Shown piece by piece: positions 15,568 through 30,038 of a stretch of 64,000 bases of DNA. Position 1 is the stretch's first letter; the number at the start of each line of letters is the position of its first letter. The position numbers and the translations under genes are program-made. The notes beneath the pieces were generated by a model that was given only the letters and a program-made list of their open reading frames with translations, ran no database searches and was not told where the DNA came from. Source of the stretch: Paraspadella gotoi. Taxonomy: Eukaryota; Animalia; Chaetognatha. The DNA lies in contig CM119269.1 of the NCBI GenBank assembly GCA_051294375.1, positions 6,647,552 to 6,711,551 of the forward strand, given 5' to 3'.

Positions 15568-17826
15568 TAGTGTATCAAGATGGGATTCGGATTTTTTAAA
15601 AAAGTTTACACAAGTGATCACACACATATATACTTAATTTAAAACACCTTTTTATTCGATTTGAAATTCTCAACATGAGAGATCCGGTCGATTTTTATCT
15701 GCTCCTAAATTATGCAAATTAGCTTAAGATCGAAGTTGTCAGATAACGATGACGCTCTTTATTCGCGTAATTTCAAACGTTTATTATTGTAATATTATAA
15801 ATAATAAATATTAAAGTTTTTAGAATATATTGTTTTATAAATATAAATAGTTTATAGTATTTATACTTAATATAAATAAGATAAAATGCATTTAAACGAG
15901 AGCTCGAATGCTTTTTTCCTACCAAATGAGGAATTTCGAACAGATTTTGCATAAAATATAAAATTAACTATTTTGCTTGCCTTAAAATCCTTATTAACAT
16001 AAAATAAACTTTTATAAATTGTATTGATATCATCGTTTAATTACCGTTATATGTGCTTTAATAAATAGGTAAATCCGAGAAAACATGATAACTAAGATAA
16101 AAATAACCAATAAAAGTAAAATATTAAAATAAAAATATTAATATTATCAAAAAAATAATTAAACAATATTAAATAATAAGTAAATAATAGTATTATAATT
16201 ATAATAAATTTTTTTTTCTTTTAAAACAGCAAATTTTACATTTTTAGAGCACAGCTTGGAAACAGGGCAATTTTTAGTGATTAGTCTAATCTTACTCCCA
16301 TGTACTCTAATAAAGACTTTTACATTAAACTGATAATCATAATAATTGAAAAATATTTTTCTCTTCAACTAAACAAAAATTTAAAAAAGTCTAAAAATTA
16401 AAGCTAAAAACTGAAAGTTAAAAGTCAATCATTCGATAAATCTCAGTATATACATATAGATAAGTGAAAAGATCCATTCAGTATCAGAATCAATGATTTA
16501 AGTTTATTATGTTTGAATGATCGGTAAGAAAATTAAATACTGTCTAATAAACGTTACTAAATATTTGAATAGTAAATATTTTGTAACTATTATAAATAAA
16601 AAGTAGTTTCATTAAAGTAAAAACAGAGAACCACTTGAGAAGGAAACTTAACTTCCAAGATTTAAGAATTGCTTTTGTTTTATAAGTTTTTTAATCAAAA
16701 CTCGTATATGTAGATAGTCCAAACGTGTCAATAATTATAAAATTAATCAAAGCTTGTCTGTAAACATTGATAGATGGCTTTATTAATTCTTCAATCAACA
16801 ATATTGAAAAAAGTCAATAAACAAATTTTGATTAAAAACTCAAAAACAATATGATAATATTTTAATTGTAACAACAACGATGAAAAACTATGAATTAGTC
16901 CGAAAATATGCATTTTTATGTAAAAAAATTATGTCCTTATTGTTAACCATTAAAAAGTTATTATTTCGTCTGTAAATCAGACAACAAAATAGACGAAATA
17001 ATACAATTACTAAAAACTCAAAAAAAACATCCGAGATAATTTTTTATAATTGAAAAAAAAGGTTGCCTATGGATGCTCAAACCCTCATACATCCTGAATT
17101 ATTAAAAATGAAACTATAGTACATCGGAAAAAGGCTTTTATAATTGTAATATATAATAGTTTAAGAAGAAGGGGATAAAAATTGTAATCAATCATATCCG
17201 TTTAAAAGGCATTTATGTTTATGTATAAACCTTTGTCATTGTTAAAAAAAAAATATAATTATCTTTTATAAATATTAATATTATATTTATTATTATTTAT
17301 CATTTGACTATATAAGATTGGATTTTATATTAATTTTTTCTTCAAAAATAAGTTCAGACTGAATTCAGTAAAGCCAAAACAAAAAATAGCGATTAATTTC
17401 TAAACTGTTTCCTATAAAAAACAGAAAAAAAACTATTAAAAATTACAACCTGCAGCTACTAAAAACTAATAAAATTATTAAGAATTATGAAATTATTATA
17501 AAACATAAAAAATATATATTAATAAGACCTATGTTATTAAATAAAACTAAACTCATCGTCAGATTTCACAGGCAAAAGATGCTCTTTTTATGAAAAATTC
17601 GCAAATATCCGCCAGGTTCGCTAGTATCTTTTGTTCTTTTTGACCGGCTTGACCGGTCTTTAACATTAAAAAGATACGAAATGACGTATTCGATCTCGGG
17701 ATCTCTCATGTTCGATGCATTAAAGTTAAATATTTTTATACGAAAATTATTTATTATTCGTTCTGATTAAGTGTGCGAACGTTTTTAATGAAACTCGATG
17801 TCTGTATATTTCCAACTTTTGGACTA
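15568..17826. mobile_element. 2259-bp non-autonomous/degenerate DNA transposon with TAGT...ACTA ends and 7-bp TSD TTGTTAT
   Basis: TSD at 15561-15567 and 17827-17833. Imperfect TIRs tagtgtatcaagatggga vs (reverse complement) tagtccaaaagttggaa. Perfect 14-bp subterminal IR aacatgagagatcc (15672-15685) / ggatctctcatgtt (17699-17712). The interior is very AT-rich. Empty sites are visible at 35890-35896 and 38798-38804. Confidence 0.85.
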
Positions 17827-18069
17827 TTGTTATTGTCTCGATTTAAGAAAAACTAACAAGTTTTGAAATAAGAAACCCCATAGTGAAGGTTTTTGACTGA
17901 CTTCCATTTCTGTCGGAAATTCGGAAACTACAAAACATTTTAGATTTTTTTAAAAACATTTAATAAAAAAAAAAAGGAAAAAATTGTGAGATAAAATCGT
18001 TTTTCGATGGTGGTCTTCTTTTTTGTTTAAAATAAGGAGAGAGAGAGGGTGGCAGGGAGGTTGAGAGAG

Positions 18070-18113
<44 letters not shown>

Positions 18114-18631
18114 AGAGAGTAGAGGGAGAGTCAGAAGAAATTAGGAAAAGAAGAGGTAAAGTATAAGCTGTAGGATGTAGGTGTAAGAATATATGTTAGA
18201 AATAACTAATAGAAAATCATAAAGAAATTAAGAATAAAAAAAAAAAGAAAAAAAAGAAAAAAGTGGAAAAAGAAAGAAGTAAAGTAGTTCGTTTCGGCAG
18301 CAAAATTTACGGAACCGAACATTAATTCTCCGCAGACCAAACGGTTTTGGGAACGACGAACGACGACGACGACGACGAAAAATAAGGCGCCGAAAGAACT
18401 GGCGAACGTCGCGTCTCGTTTTCCTTCATTTTCTCTTTTTGTTGTTTTCTTAGTTTTCACTTTCCTAGATTTCTTTTATCATTTTTTTTCTTTCATTTTA
18501 TTCTTTTTTGGGGTCTAAAATTGAAATCCTTCAAAACAAAAAAAATGTTTTTCGGTTTTTTTTTTTTTTTGTTTTTTTTTAAAACTTTCATGGGTTTTTA
18601 AGGGGAGACTTGAGAGGAAAAGGAGAGAGAG

Positions 18632-18664
<33 letters not shown>

Positions 18665-18908
18665 AGGAGAGAGAGAGAGGAGAGAGAGAGAGAAAGAGAG
18701 AGAGAGAGGGGAAAAGGGAATTTTGAAATGCTACAAGCGACGACGACAACGACAACAAACAGATAAAAAAGAATCTCATCGGTTAAACGAAATTCAAAAA
18801 ATTCACTTTTTTCTAGATTTTTCTTCGGCTTCAAATCTTCTTTTTTCACCATCGATAATTCAAAATGAAAAAAAAAAATTGTTTAAACATTTTTTTCAAT
18901 TTTTTAAG

Positions 18909-18924
18909 AGAGTCACGTGACTCT
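18909..18924. promoter_or_regulatory. Perfect 16-bp palindrome with CLEAR/E-box core GTCACGTGAC
   Basis: Sequence agagtcacgtgactct. A TATA-like tataaagg lies ~140 bp downstream (~19063) in a G-rich block. Function is inferred only. Confidence 0.35.
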
Positions 18925-19254
18925 AGTCGTTGTCAGATTTTTCTGCTTCCGATTCTCTACTTCTTCTTCGGCTGAGGAGGGGAGAGGGGGGCGGAGGGGG
19001 CGGAGGGTAGGAGAGGAAAGGAAGGGTTGGGGTGAAAGGGGTTTAGCGACGGTGGGGGTGAATATAAAGGGGGTGGTGACTTCGTTTGGGGGCGAAGATG
19101 CGGGGCTGGGGTGGAGACAGCGAGACGGCGAGGCGCCCGCCGTCTCATTTATCATCTCAGTGTCTCGAGAATTTTTTGAGCCAAGAAAATATTTAAAGTT
19201 AATAATTTTCAAAAGTGAGACTCAAATTGAAGAATGTATTGAGTTTTTTTTTAG

Positions 19255-19312
<58 letters not shown>

Positions 19313-19464
19313 TAATCTCATTAACCCCCAACACTCTCGACCCGTCTTTCTCCGCCTATTTCCTCCTCTTCTTCTTCCTCCTCCTCTTCTTCTTCCTCCT
19401 CTCCCTCCTCCCATAAAAACTAATCCTGTTCCCCTCTCACCGAGGAATTCCCATGCTTACCCGG

Positions 19465-19551
<87 letters not shown>

Positions 19552-19945
19552 CTCCCTCTCTCTGACCGCTGAAATTCACTCCGCTTGCAAGACGACGACG
19601 ACGATGACCCGAGAATTGGCACTTTCTTGCTTCTGGCGCCAACGTTGGGATTTTTTTAGAGATGGATGATGACGACGAACGATGACGACGATGAACGAAG
19701 ACGACGATGACGACGACGATGACGAAGACGACGATGTCAGGTTTCGTCTGAGAATTCAAAGAATCGATGACTTGGTTGATATCGCTGCTTCATATTCACT
19801 TTACTTTACTTTAGTTGTACTACTTACTAGTACAACTAAATATTACTAAATACCACTAACCTTTATATCTCCCATCGCCTCCTTAATGCCTCCGCATAGT
19901 GGAGATCTTGAGCATTTTTTTTATTTCGTCAACCTCCACTGCACA

Positions 19946-20122
19946 TTGAACCTCATTCCTTCGAAACTTGAACCTCATTCCTTGACACCCTGCACCTCAT
20001 TCCTTGACACAATGCACCACATTCCTTGACACCATGAATCTCATTCCTTGAAACCTTGAACCTCATTACCTTAACACCTTGAACCTCATTCCTTGACACC
20101 TTGCGCCTCATTCCTTCGCACC
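19946..20122. repeat. 22-bp minisatellite (ttgaacctcattccttgacacc), ~8 copies
   Basis: Directly visible; also at ~30433-30609 and degenerate at ~46310-46510. Confidence 0.9.
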
Positions 20123-20376
20123 CTCGCCAACTCAATATTGGCTACAAACCTCAACCTTACCCGCCCCTCCTCCACTCCCCGACTCTTACGACCACTCGGT
20201 CGGATGATCCGATCTCAGCCGATGCCCACCTTAACCTTAAAACTTCCTCGCCCCTAAATCGCCTCCCCCACCCCCACCCTATTTTCTCACCCCCGCCATC
20301 GAAGATCGAGTCGACGGAGGCGGTGATCGATCTGGCGGGAAGATCTTGGAGATGGTCGTGGATTCTTGGCGAGGGT

Positions 20377-20422
<46 letters not shown>

Positions 20423-21242
20423 GAGAGAGAATGTTGTGAGGTCAGACAAGTATTTTGAAGAATAATTCACCTCACCTCCCATAAACCGTCCAAAAAAGTT
20501 AATGTTAATTTAATTTGCATATTGCAGAGTTTGAATTTTGACATATTCCCTTTAGTCGCAAATTAAAACTGAATAAGTAAAAATGAAGATTAGTTAAGCA
20601 GGAAGAAAAAAATTGAGTCTAAAACGGATAAACTTTTTTTGAATCTTTACTGCTTATGTTATTCGTTTTTTTAATATTGTTTATAGTATATAATAGGAAT
20701 AATAAACAAAACTTCCTGTTATGCTTCTTACCAGGGATGTAAAGTTTAATTTCTGTAAGTTGTCCTTGATTAGCCGTTGGTCAGCGCATCGCTTCGATGG
20801 CAAAATTCTAACCTCGGTTATTTCTCATTTTTCTCCTCTTCCCCTCTTCTTCCTCCTCCTCCTCCTCTGGCGCCCGAGTGGCGGACTTTTTTTTCTTTGG
20901 TTCTTCGAACGAAATCAAAAAAAGAAAAGAAAAGAAAATTTAAAAAAAGGAAAAGAATAGAATAAGAAAAGAAAAGAGAAAAAAAATGAAAGCATTAAGA
21001 GTACAAAAATATAGAGTTGGGTCTGTACTTGCTTAAAATCTTTGATGCTTGCTCATTAATCTGATTCAGTTATTAACTCCTGCCATAACTTGACTCTGAT
21101 AAAACTGAAGCACCAGTCACTTCTATGTTCTTTGCGGGTCACTGGGAGCGCGTGGTGTGTGCCTAAAGCAAAGAAGATATCTCTAAGTGTGTCAGAAAGT
21201 ATGAGTAAGAGAGAATGAGAAGATAGAGAGAGGGAGTAAGAA

Positions 21243-21316
<74 letters not shown>

Positions 21317-21424
21317 ACTTTTATCTTGAAACGACCGTTATCAAGATAAGATTCAGGGAAAGTGTGGAGGAACGGAAAATGGAGAGAGAAGAGAGAGAGA
21401 AGAGAGAGAGAGAGAAGAGAGAGA

Positions 21425-21473
<49 letters not shown>

Positions 21474-21743
21474 CATTCGCTAGGGACTTCTATGGTCGAA
21501 GAAAAAAATTTAAGCTAAACCACAATCGACTCAAGAAATCAAAAAATAAAAACTGATTATAAAAAAATTAAAACATACATACTATTACTGTTACATAGGA
21601 TAAATTCACATTTCCTCCCTTTTTTTCTGTCAGTTGTCGTTTTTGACAATAAGTTTTTCTAGTGAAAAATGGAAAAGACTTTTTTTGTCCCTTTTTCGAT
21701 TTTTATGTTTTCGCTTTTTTTCCCAATTTGTTACGTTTTTCTG

Positions 21744-21799
<56 letters not shown>

Positions 21800-22123
21800 G
21801 TATCTCTCTCTCTCTCTCTCTCCTTTCTATCTCTCTCTCTTTTCTCCTCGCCACCCCGACGGTAGCCCGAACTTTTCATTTTCGGAAGAATCTGGTTTAT
21901 CGAAAAAAATTATCATAAATAAACGAAATGGTGTTTTTCTCTTTAAACTTGGCGTAGAAATAAACAAAAAAGGTGAGGGAAGGTATACAAAGAAATCCTC
22001 AGAATGACCGTATTAGTCTGTAGGCGTTTAAAAACTATTGGTATAATTTAGAAATATCTCAGACATATAAAAAGCTTTTGTAAACACATAAGTTGTCCGC
22101 TCAAAATTACACGTACATACTAG

Positions 22124-22206
<83 letters not shown>

Positions 22207-22397
22207 CCTCCCTCCCTTCTCTTCTCAACTCTCTCTCTCTCTCGCGTCTGATTAGGAGGCGTGTCCCCTGGTTTTGTGGCGGCGCGGATTTTAAATTCGC
22301 ATTAGAAATATAAACAGAAGGAAAGCGTAAACAAAAGACATAAACAAAAGAAAGGCAAGGGAGAGAGACCTTGCCGACGCCGCGGTCGTCGTCGTCT

Positions 22398-22430
<33 letters not shown>

Positions 22431-23704
22431 ATGCTATTAGGAGGTCTTGATGGTCTTACGCAAAGAAAAGCCTCGAGGCCTCAGGCTAAAAGCGGGCGAA
22501 GAATGAAAAGGGAAAAGTGAACAGAGAAGGAGAGATCGTCGTCATTGTCGTCGTCGTCATCGTCGTTGTACGATGTAGCGCCGATCTTAATGCTCTTTTC
22601 TTGTGACTTTTTTTTTGTAGCATAAATAGAATAAAATTGAAATTGACATCATCGGCATAAATCATCATCATCATTATCATAAAACCATCATCGTCAAAAT
22701 CCATCAATCACCATCATCATCGTTATCACCATCACCACCATCACCACCATCACCACCATCACCACCATCACCACCATCACCCCAAGCAGCGAAAAATAAC
22801 AAAAGAGACTGGATTCGCCGACACGTCGGTCGCCCAGTCGCCCGCCAGGAATTCCGGTCAGAATCAAAAAGAGAATTTCCATTCAAAGGGTTTTTTTTTT
22901 GTTTGTCATCCTTATCATCATCGCCTCCTTTCATTGTCGTCGATAATGACGTCGTTCGTCGTCGTCGTCGATTTGAACGTTGGTGACGGTCGTTGTTATG
23001 ATTATGCCATCATCTCGAATCGACGCGCGTCGTCGTCGTCGTCGTCGTCGTTTGGACCACGAACCAGCGATGACAACGACGAAGACGACGAAGACGACGA
23101 CGATGGCACCGATTGATCGCTTCCCGTCGCTTCCGTCTCTCGGCGCCACCAAATTCTTTCGGATGACCTTTTTCGTATCTCGGGTTTTTGACAACAAAAA
23201 GAGCCTAAAATCGATTCCCTGTACCTTTTTTTTTATGCCCGACGGCCCGCGGGGGTGATGATCGCCGATCGACCGTGAACTCACCTTCGATCACCGATCA
23301 CGACATTTCATTTATATTTATAAGTCGTGATTCATTTAGTAAAGTATTAGGTAGTATTAATTTTGCATGAACCCGTCTATCCATAAATTTTTAGAAAAAA
23401 TGGAGGAAGAGGGAAGAGAAATGTAACGTAGTTTCCTATGCAAAGAAGAAGAGGAATGTTGAGGAGGATGAGGAATAAAAAAAGGAAAACGATTAGTGAA
23501 AGAGGAAGCGCATCATGATGAGGAAGAGGAAGATGCGCGTCGTGTTTAATCCTGGTTTTTCATCGGAATTTCATCCCACGATGCCGCCGCAGCAGTCGCA
23601 GGAGGAACGGCGGCAGCGCAACTCGGCAGCAGCATGAGCGGCAACGGGCATCGCGTCGGCTGCGTCTTCTTTCCTCGGACCCACGAGTCGACGATAAGGG
23701 CGGC

Positions 23705-23754
<50 letters not shown>

Positions 23755-24667
23755 CACTCCTCTCTCGCTCTCTCTCTCTCTTTCCTTCAGAATCTTATCG
23801 GCGGCGAGGAATCTCGAGGATGTCCGAAACCTTCTTATCGCAATTTTTTCCGACTCAAATAAAAATATAAAAATAATCTTAATAAATAGTAGAAGAAAGA
23901 AAAACAACAAGAAAGAAAATTGAAAGAAAAGAGAGGAAGAGAGAGAGAGAAAAAAAAGAAAAGCTGTTTTACTGCTTCGCGCTCTCCCTTTTTTTCTCAC
24001 TTTCTCGCGCTTCTGCGTCCGCCTCATGTTTTTTTTTTTAGTTTTCTCGAGAAAGAAAAAGAGATAAGAGAAGAAATCCCATCGAAAAGTAAAAAGAACG
24101 AATTAAAAAATAATGTTTTAAAAAAGAAAAAAACAATAATAATAACAAGATAAATTTATCGATGGAAGAGGGAAGGCCTCTACCGGTGGAAATCACGACT
24201 GATAAGAGAATCGTTCCAGTTCATTCACGAATTCTCATTTCAAAGGAAAAATGAATTTAATCGCGTAAATTTGATTAATTTATGATTGATTGAATCATTA
24301 ACTCATACATTATATTGAATACATATAATTGAATAATTTTTTGTGATTATTTTTTCATGATTTTTTTTTATCTCATTAATTATTTGATTTATTATTTTGA
24401 TGAATTTATTAATGAATCAATTTATTGATGAGTCGATTTTATCTAATTCATAGCTTCGATTTCAAAATTAGCGCATTCTCACTTTCTTCTTTCGCCACCG
24501 ACGAGGATTTTTCTGAATCAAAAACCTCTACGTTTCAATTATTCCATTTTTAGTTTTTCGATTTCATTTTATTTTTCTTGGAACAAATATCGTAATATCT
24601 TTTTACGAGACTTTCCTCGCTTCCTGAATTCTCTTCTCTCTTNNNNNNNNNNNNNNNNNNNNNNNNN

Positions 24668-25140
24668 TTAAAGTAATTAATTTAACAGCGCAGGAAAATA
24701 AAATGTAATATGCATATATAATTGTATATCTTTATCGCAAATTTATTTTTTTTATTTAGCTTTCATGCCGATGGAAAAGAGTGACATATCTTTTCGAAAT
24801 GCTTGTGTCAGTGAAAAACTATTTTTTCCATAATGCTGCTCTTTTCGTTGAACGAGGTTTCAATTTGGCTTTTGACTTCTCATTCCTCTGTAAATGTGCC
24901 TCAATTATATGATGCCAGATTTTATGGCACCGAAAGTACTCTCTAAGGATGCGAGTACTTAATTTAGAATTTTAGTCAGCCACAACAACAACAACAACAA
25001 CCAGCACAACTGACCCGGATATGGCGACGATTTTATCACAAATTCTCGACTCGTTTTATCAGTTTTAACATCGAATTAAAATCCCAACGAATTTGATTAT
25101 TTTGCGAAACGAGTAGAAATTGTGAAACAAACCTCGGCGT

Positions 25141-25231
<91 letters not shown>

Positions 25232-25648
25232 CCTCTCTCTCTCTCTCAAGTGGATTTTAATCATTTTTTTTCCTTTTTTGATAAAAAGTAATTTATGACT
25301 CTCTCTCCTAAAAAAGGGGGTGATTTATAATTTTATACGGTTGTCGTCGTCGTCGACGTCGTTGAAAGTGACATATCGATATTGTCATTAATGATAACGA
25401 AGTCGCGGAAAGTTTTCGTCGTCGTCGTCGTCGTCGTCGTCGTTGTTGGATTGCCCTTCTCGGGGCGACCTCTGAAGAGGCCCTATTTTCGGACGGGCGA
25501 ATCTGCTAATCATTTGTGCAAACATTTCATCGTCGTCGTCGTCATCGTCGTGGCGACCTACCCGTTCCCCTACCATTAAAACCGATGGGTGACGAATTTG
25601 TTGCCAGTTTTAACAAACATTGACTTAATTGTGCAAAATATGGTCTCT

Positions 25649-25720
<72 letters not shown>

Positions 25721-28556
25721 CTATCTAGCGGTAATACTGTCAACTTATATGACGAGGGGAGAGTGAGACACATAGAAAAACTTTTTTTCTTTTTTGTCAC
25801 GAAAGTTTTCTTCGCCAAAAAATCACGTGAGATTTTTGGGACTGTGACGATTTGAAGTCAGACCCTTCACCGAGCATTCACTGCAAATCATGAGATGACG
25901 TTGAAGCCAAATCATATTAGCAAATCAACTAAAATTTATCTCTTTATTCCTTTATTTGAGGAAATGATAATCGGTTACAAAATTGTCAGCGTAAATGATA
26001 AGGGGCGAGACATTCAAACATGAACACCGAGAAACGTTATCTGCGATTTGTTATTAGTGTATCAAGATGGGATTCGGATTTTTTAAAAAAGTTTACACAA
26101 GTGATCACACACATATATACTTAATTTAAAACACCTTTTTATTCGATTTGAAATTCTCAACATGAGAGATCCGGTCGATTTTTATCTGCTCCTAAATTAT
26201 GCAAATTAGCTTAAGATCGAAGTTGTCAGATAACGATGACGCTCTTTATTCGCGTAATTTCAAACGTTTATTATTGTAATATTATAAATAATAAATATTA
26301 AAGTTTTTAGAATATATTGTTTTATAAATATAAATAGTTTATAGTATTTATACTTAATATAAATAAGATAAAATGCATTTAAACGAGAGCTCGAATGCTT
26401 TTTTCCTACCAAATGAGGAATTTCGAACAGATTTTGCATAAAATATAAAATTAACTATTTTGCTTGCCTTAAAATCCTTATTAACATAAAATAAACTTTT
26501 ATAAATTGTATTGATATCATCGTTTAATTACCGTTATATGTGCTTTAATAAATAGGTAAATCCGAGAAAACATGATAACTAAGATAAAAATAACCAATAA
26601 AAGTAAAATATTAAAATAAAAATATTAATATTATCAAAAAAATAATTAAACAATATTAAATAATAAGTAAATAATAGTATTATAATTATAATAAATTTTT
26701 TTTTCTTTTAAAACAGCAAATTTTACATTTTTAGAGCACAGCTTGGAAACAGGGCAATTTTTAGTGATTAGTCTAATCTTACTCCCATGTACTCTAATAA
26801 AGACTTTTACATTAAACTGATAATCATAATAATTGAAAAATATTTTTCTCTTCAACTAAACAAAAATTTAAAAAAGTCTAAAAATTAAAGCTAAAAACTG
26901 AAAGTTAAAAGTCAATCATTCGATAAATCTCAGTATATACATATAGATAAGTGAAAAGATCCATTCAGTATCAGAATCAATGATTTAAGTTTATTATGTT
27001 TGAATGATCGGTAAGAAAATTAAATACTGTCTAATAAACGTTACTAAATATTTGAATAGTAAATATTTTGTAACTATTATAAATAAAAAGTAGTTTCATT
27101 AAAGTAAAAACAGAGAACCACTTGAGAAGGAAACTTAACTTCCAAGATTTAAGAATTGCTTTTGTTTTATAAGTTTTTTAATCAAAACTCGTATATGTAG
27201 ATAGTCCAAACGTGTCAATAATTATAAAATTAATCAAAGCTTGTCTGTAAACATTGATAGATGGCTTTATTAATTCTTCAATCAACAATATTGAAAAAAG
27301 TCAATAAACAAATTTTGATTAAAAACTCAAAAACAATATGATAATATTTTAATTGTAACAACAACGATGAAAAACTATGAATTAGTCCGAAAATATGCAT
27401 TTTTATGTAAAAAAATTATGTCCTTATTGTTAACCATTAAAAAGTTATTATTTCGTCTGTAAATCAGACAACAAAATAGACGAAATAATACAATTACTAA
27501 AAACTCAAAAAAAACATCCGAGATAATTTTTTATAATTGAAAAAAAAGGTTGCCTATGGATGCTCAAACCCTCATACATCCTGAATTATTAAAAATGAAA
27601 CTATAGTACATCGGAAAAAGGCTTTTATAATTGTAATATATAATAGTTTAAGAAGAAGGGGATAAAAATTGTAATCAATCATATCCGTTTAAAAGGCATT
27701 TATGTTTATGTATAAACCTTTGTCATTGTTAAAAAAAAAATATAATTATCTTTTATAAATATTAATATTATATTTATTATTATTTATCATTTGACTATAT
27801 AAGATTGGATTTTATATTAATTTTTTCTTCAAAAATAAGTTCAGACTGAATTCAGTAAAGCCAAAACAAAAAATAGCGATTAATTTCTAAACTGTTTCCT
27901 ATAAAAAACAGAAAAAAAACTATTAAAAATTACAACCTGCAGCTACTAAAAACTAATAAAATTATTAAGAATTATGAAATTATTATAAAACATAAAAAAT
28001 ATATATTAATAAGACCTATGTTATTAAATAAAACTAAACTCATCGTCAGATTTCACAGGCAAAAGATGCTCTTTTTATGAAAAATTCGCAAATATCCGCC
28101 AGGTTCGCTAGTATCTTTTGTTCTTTTTGACCGGCTTGACCGGTCTTTAACATTAAAAAGATACGAAATGACGTATTCGATCTCGGGATCTCTCATGTTC
28201 GATGCATTAAAGTTAAATATTTTTATACGAAAATTATTTATTATTCGTTCTGATTAAGTGTGCGAACGTTTTTAATGAAACTCGATGTCTGTATATTTCC
28301 AACTTTTGGACTATTGTTATTGTCTCGATTTAAGAAAAACTAACAAGTTTTGAAATAAGAAACCCCATAGTGAAGGTTTTTGACTGACTTCCATTTCTGT
28401 CGGAAATTCGGAAACTACAAAACATTTTAGATTTTTTTAAAAACATTTAATAAAAAAAAAAAGGAAAAAATTGTGAGATAAAATCGTTTTTCGATGGTGG
28501 TCTTCTTTTTTGTTTAAAATAAGGAGAGAGAGAGGGTGGCAGGGAGGTTGAGAGAG

Positions 28557-28600
<44 letters not shown>

Positions 28601-29118
28601 AGAGAGTAGAGGGAGAGTCAGAAGAAATTAGGAAAAGAAGAGGTAAAGTATAAGCTGTAGGATGTAGGTGTAAGAATATATGTTAGAAATAACTAATAGA
28701 AAATCATAAAGAAATTAAGAATAAAAAAAAAAAGAAAAAAAAGAAAAAAGTGGAAAAAGAAAGAAGTAAAGTAGTTCGTTTCGGCAGCAAAATTTACGGA
28801 ACCGAACATTAATTCTCCGCAGACCAAACGGTTTTGGGAACGACGAACGACGACGACGACGACGAAAAATAAGGCGCCGAAAGAACTGGCGAACGTCGCG
28901 TCTCGTTTTCCTTCATTTTCTCTTTTTGTTGTTTTCTTAGTTTTCACTTTCCTAGATTTCTTTTATCATTTTTTTTCTTTCATTTTATTCTTTTTTGGGG
29001 TCTAAAATTGAAATCCTTCAAAACAAAAAAAATGTTTTTCGGTTTTTTTTTTTTTTTGTTTTTTTTTAAAACTTTCATGGGTTTTTAAGGGGAGACTTGA
29101 GAGGAAAAGGAGAGAGAG

Positions 29119-29151
<33 letters not shown>

Positions 29152-29741
29152 AGGAGAGAGAGAGAGGAGAGAGAGAGAGAAAGAGAGAGAGAGAGGGGAA
29201 AAGGGAATTTTGAAATGCTACAAGCGACGACGACAACGACAACAAACAGATAAAAAAGAATCTCATCGGTTAAACGAAATTCAAAAAATTCACTTTTTTC
29301 TAGATTTTTCTTCGGCTTCAAATCTTCTTTTTTCACCATCGATAATTCAAAATGAAAAAAAAAAATTGTTTAAACATTTTTTTCAATTTTTTAAGAGAGT
29401 CACGTGACTCTAGTCGTTGTCAGATTTTTCTGCTTCCGATTCTCTACTTCTTCTTCGGCTGAGGAGGGGAGAGGGGGGCGGAGGGGGCGGAGGGTAGGAG
29501 AGGAAAGGAAGGGTTGGGGTGAAAGGGGTTTAGCGACGGTGGGGGTGAATATAAAGGGGGTGGTGACTTCGTTTGGGGGCGAAGATGCGGGGCTGGGGTG
29601 GAGACAGCGAGACGGCGAGGCGCCCGCCGTCTCATTTATCATCTCAGTGTCTCGAGAATTTTTTGAGCCAAGAAAATATTTAAAGTTAATAATTTTCAAA
29701 AGTGAGACTCAAATTGAAGAATGTATTGAGTTTTTTTTTAG

Positions 29742-29799
<58 letters not shown>

Positions 29800-29951
29800 T
29801 AATCTCATTAACCCCCAACACTCTCGACCCGTCTTTCTCCGCCTATTTCCTCCTCTTCTTCTTCCTCCTCCTCTTCTTCTTCCTCCTCTCCCTCCTCCCA
29901 TAAAAACTAATCCTGTTCCCCTCTCACCGAGGAATTCCCATGCTTACCCGG

Positions 29952-30038
<87 letters not shown>

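Larger units (their letters stand above)
14186..24642 (+). repeat. ~10.5-kb segment, copy A
   Basis: Near-identical to 24668-35129: the ORF track repeats at a constant offset of 10487 (e.g. 14895/25382 and 23920/34407). Confidence 0.95.

Noticed and set aside
16159-17100. Transposase ORF inside the 2.26-kb element
   Set aside because: Only short AT-biased ORF fragments are present, with no recognisable DDE or zinc-finger motif.
19946-20122. 22-bp repeats as a possible CRISPR array
   Set aside because: The units are head-to-tail with no unique spacers, the context is eukaryotic, and there are no cas genes: a minisatellite.
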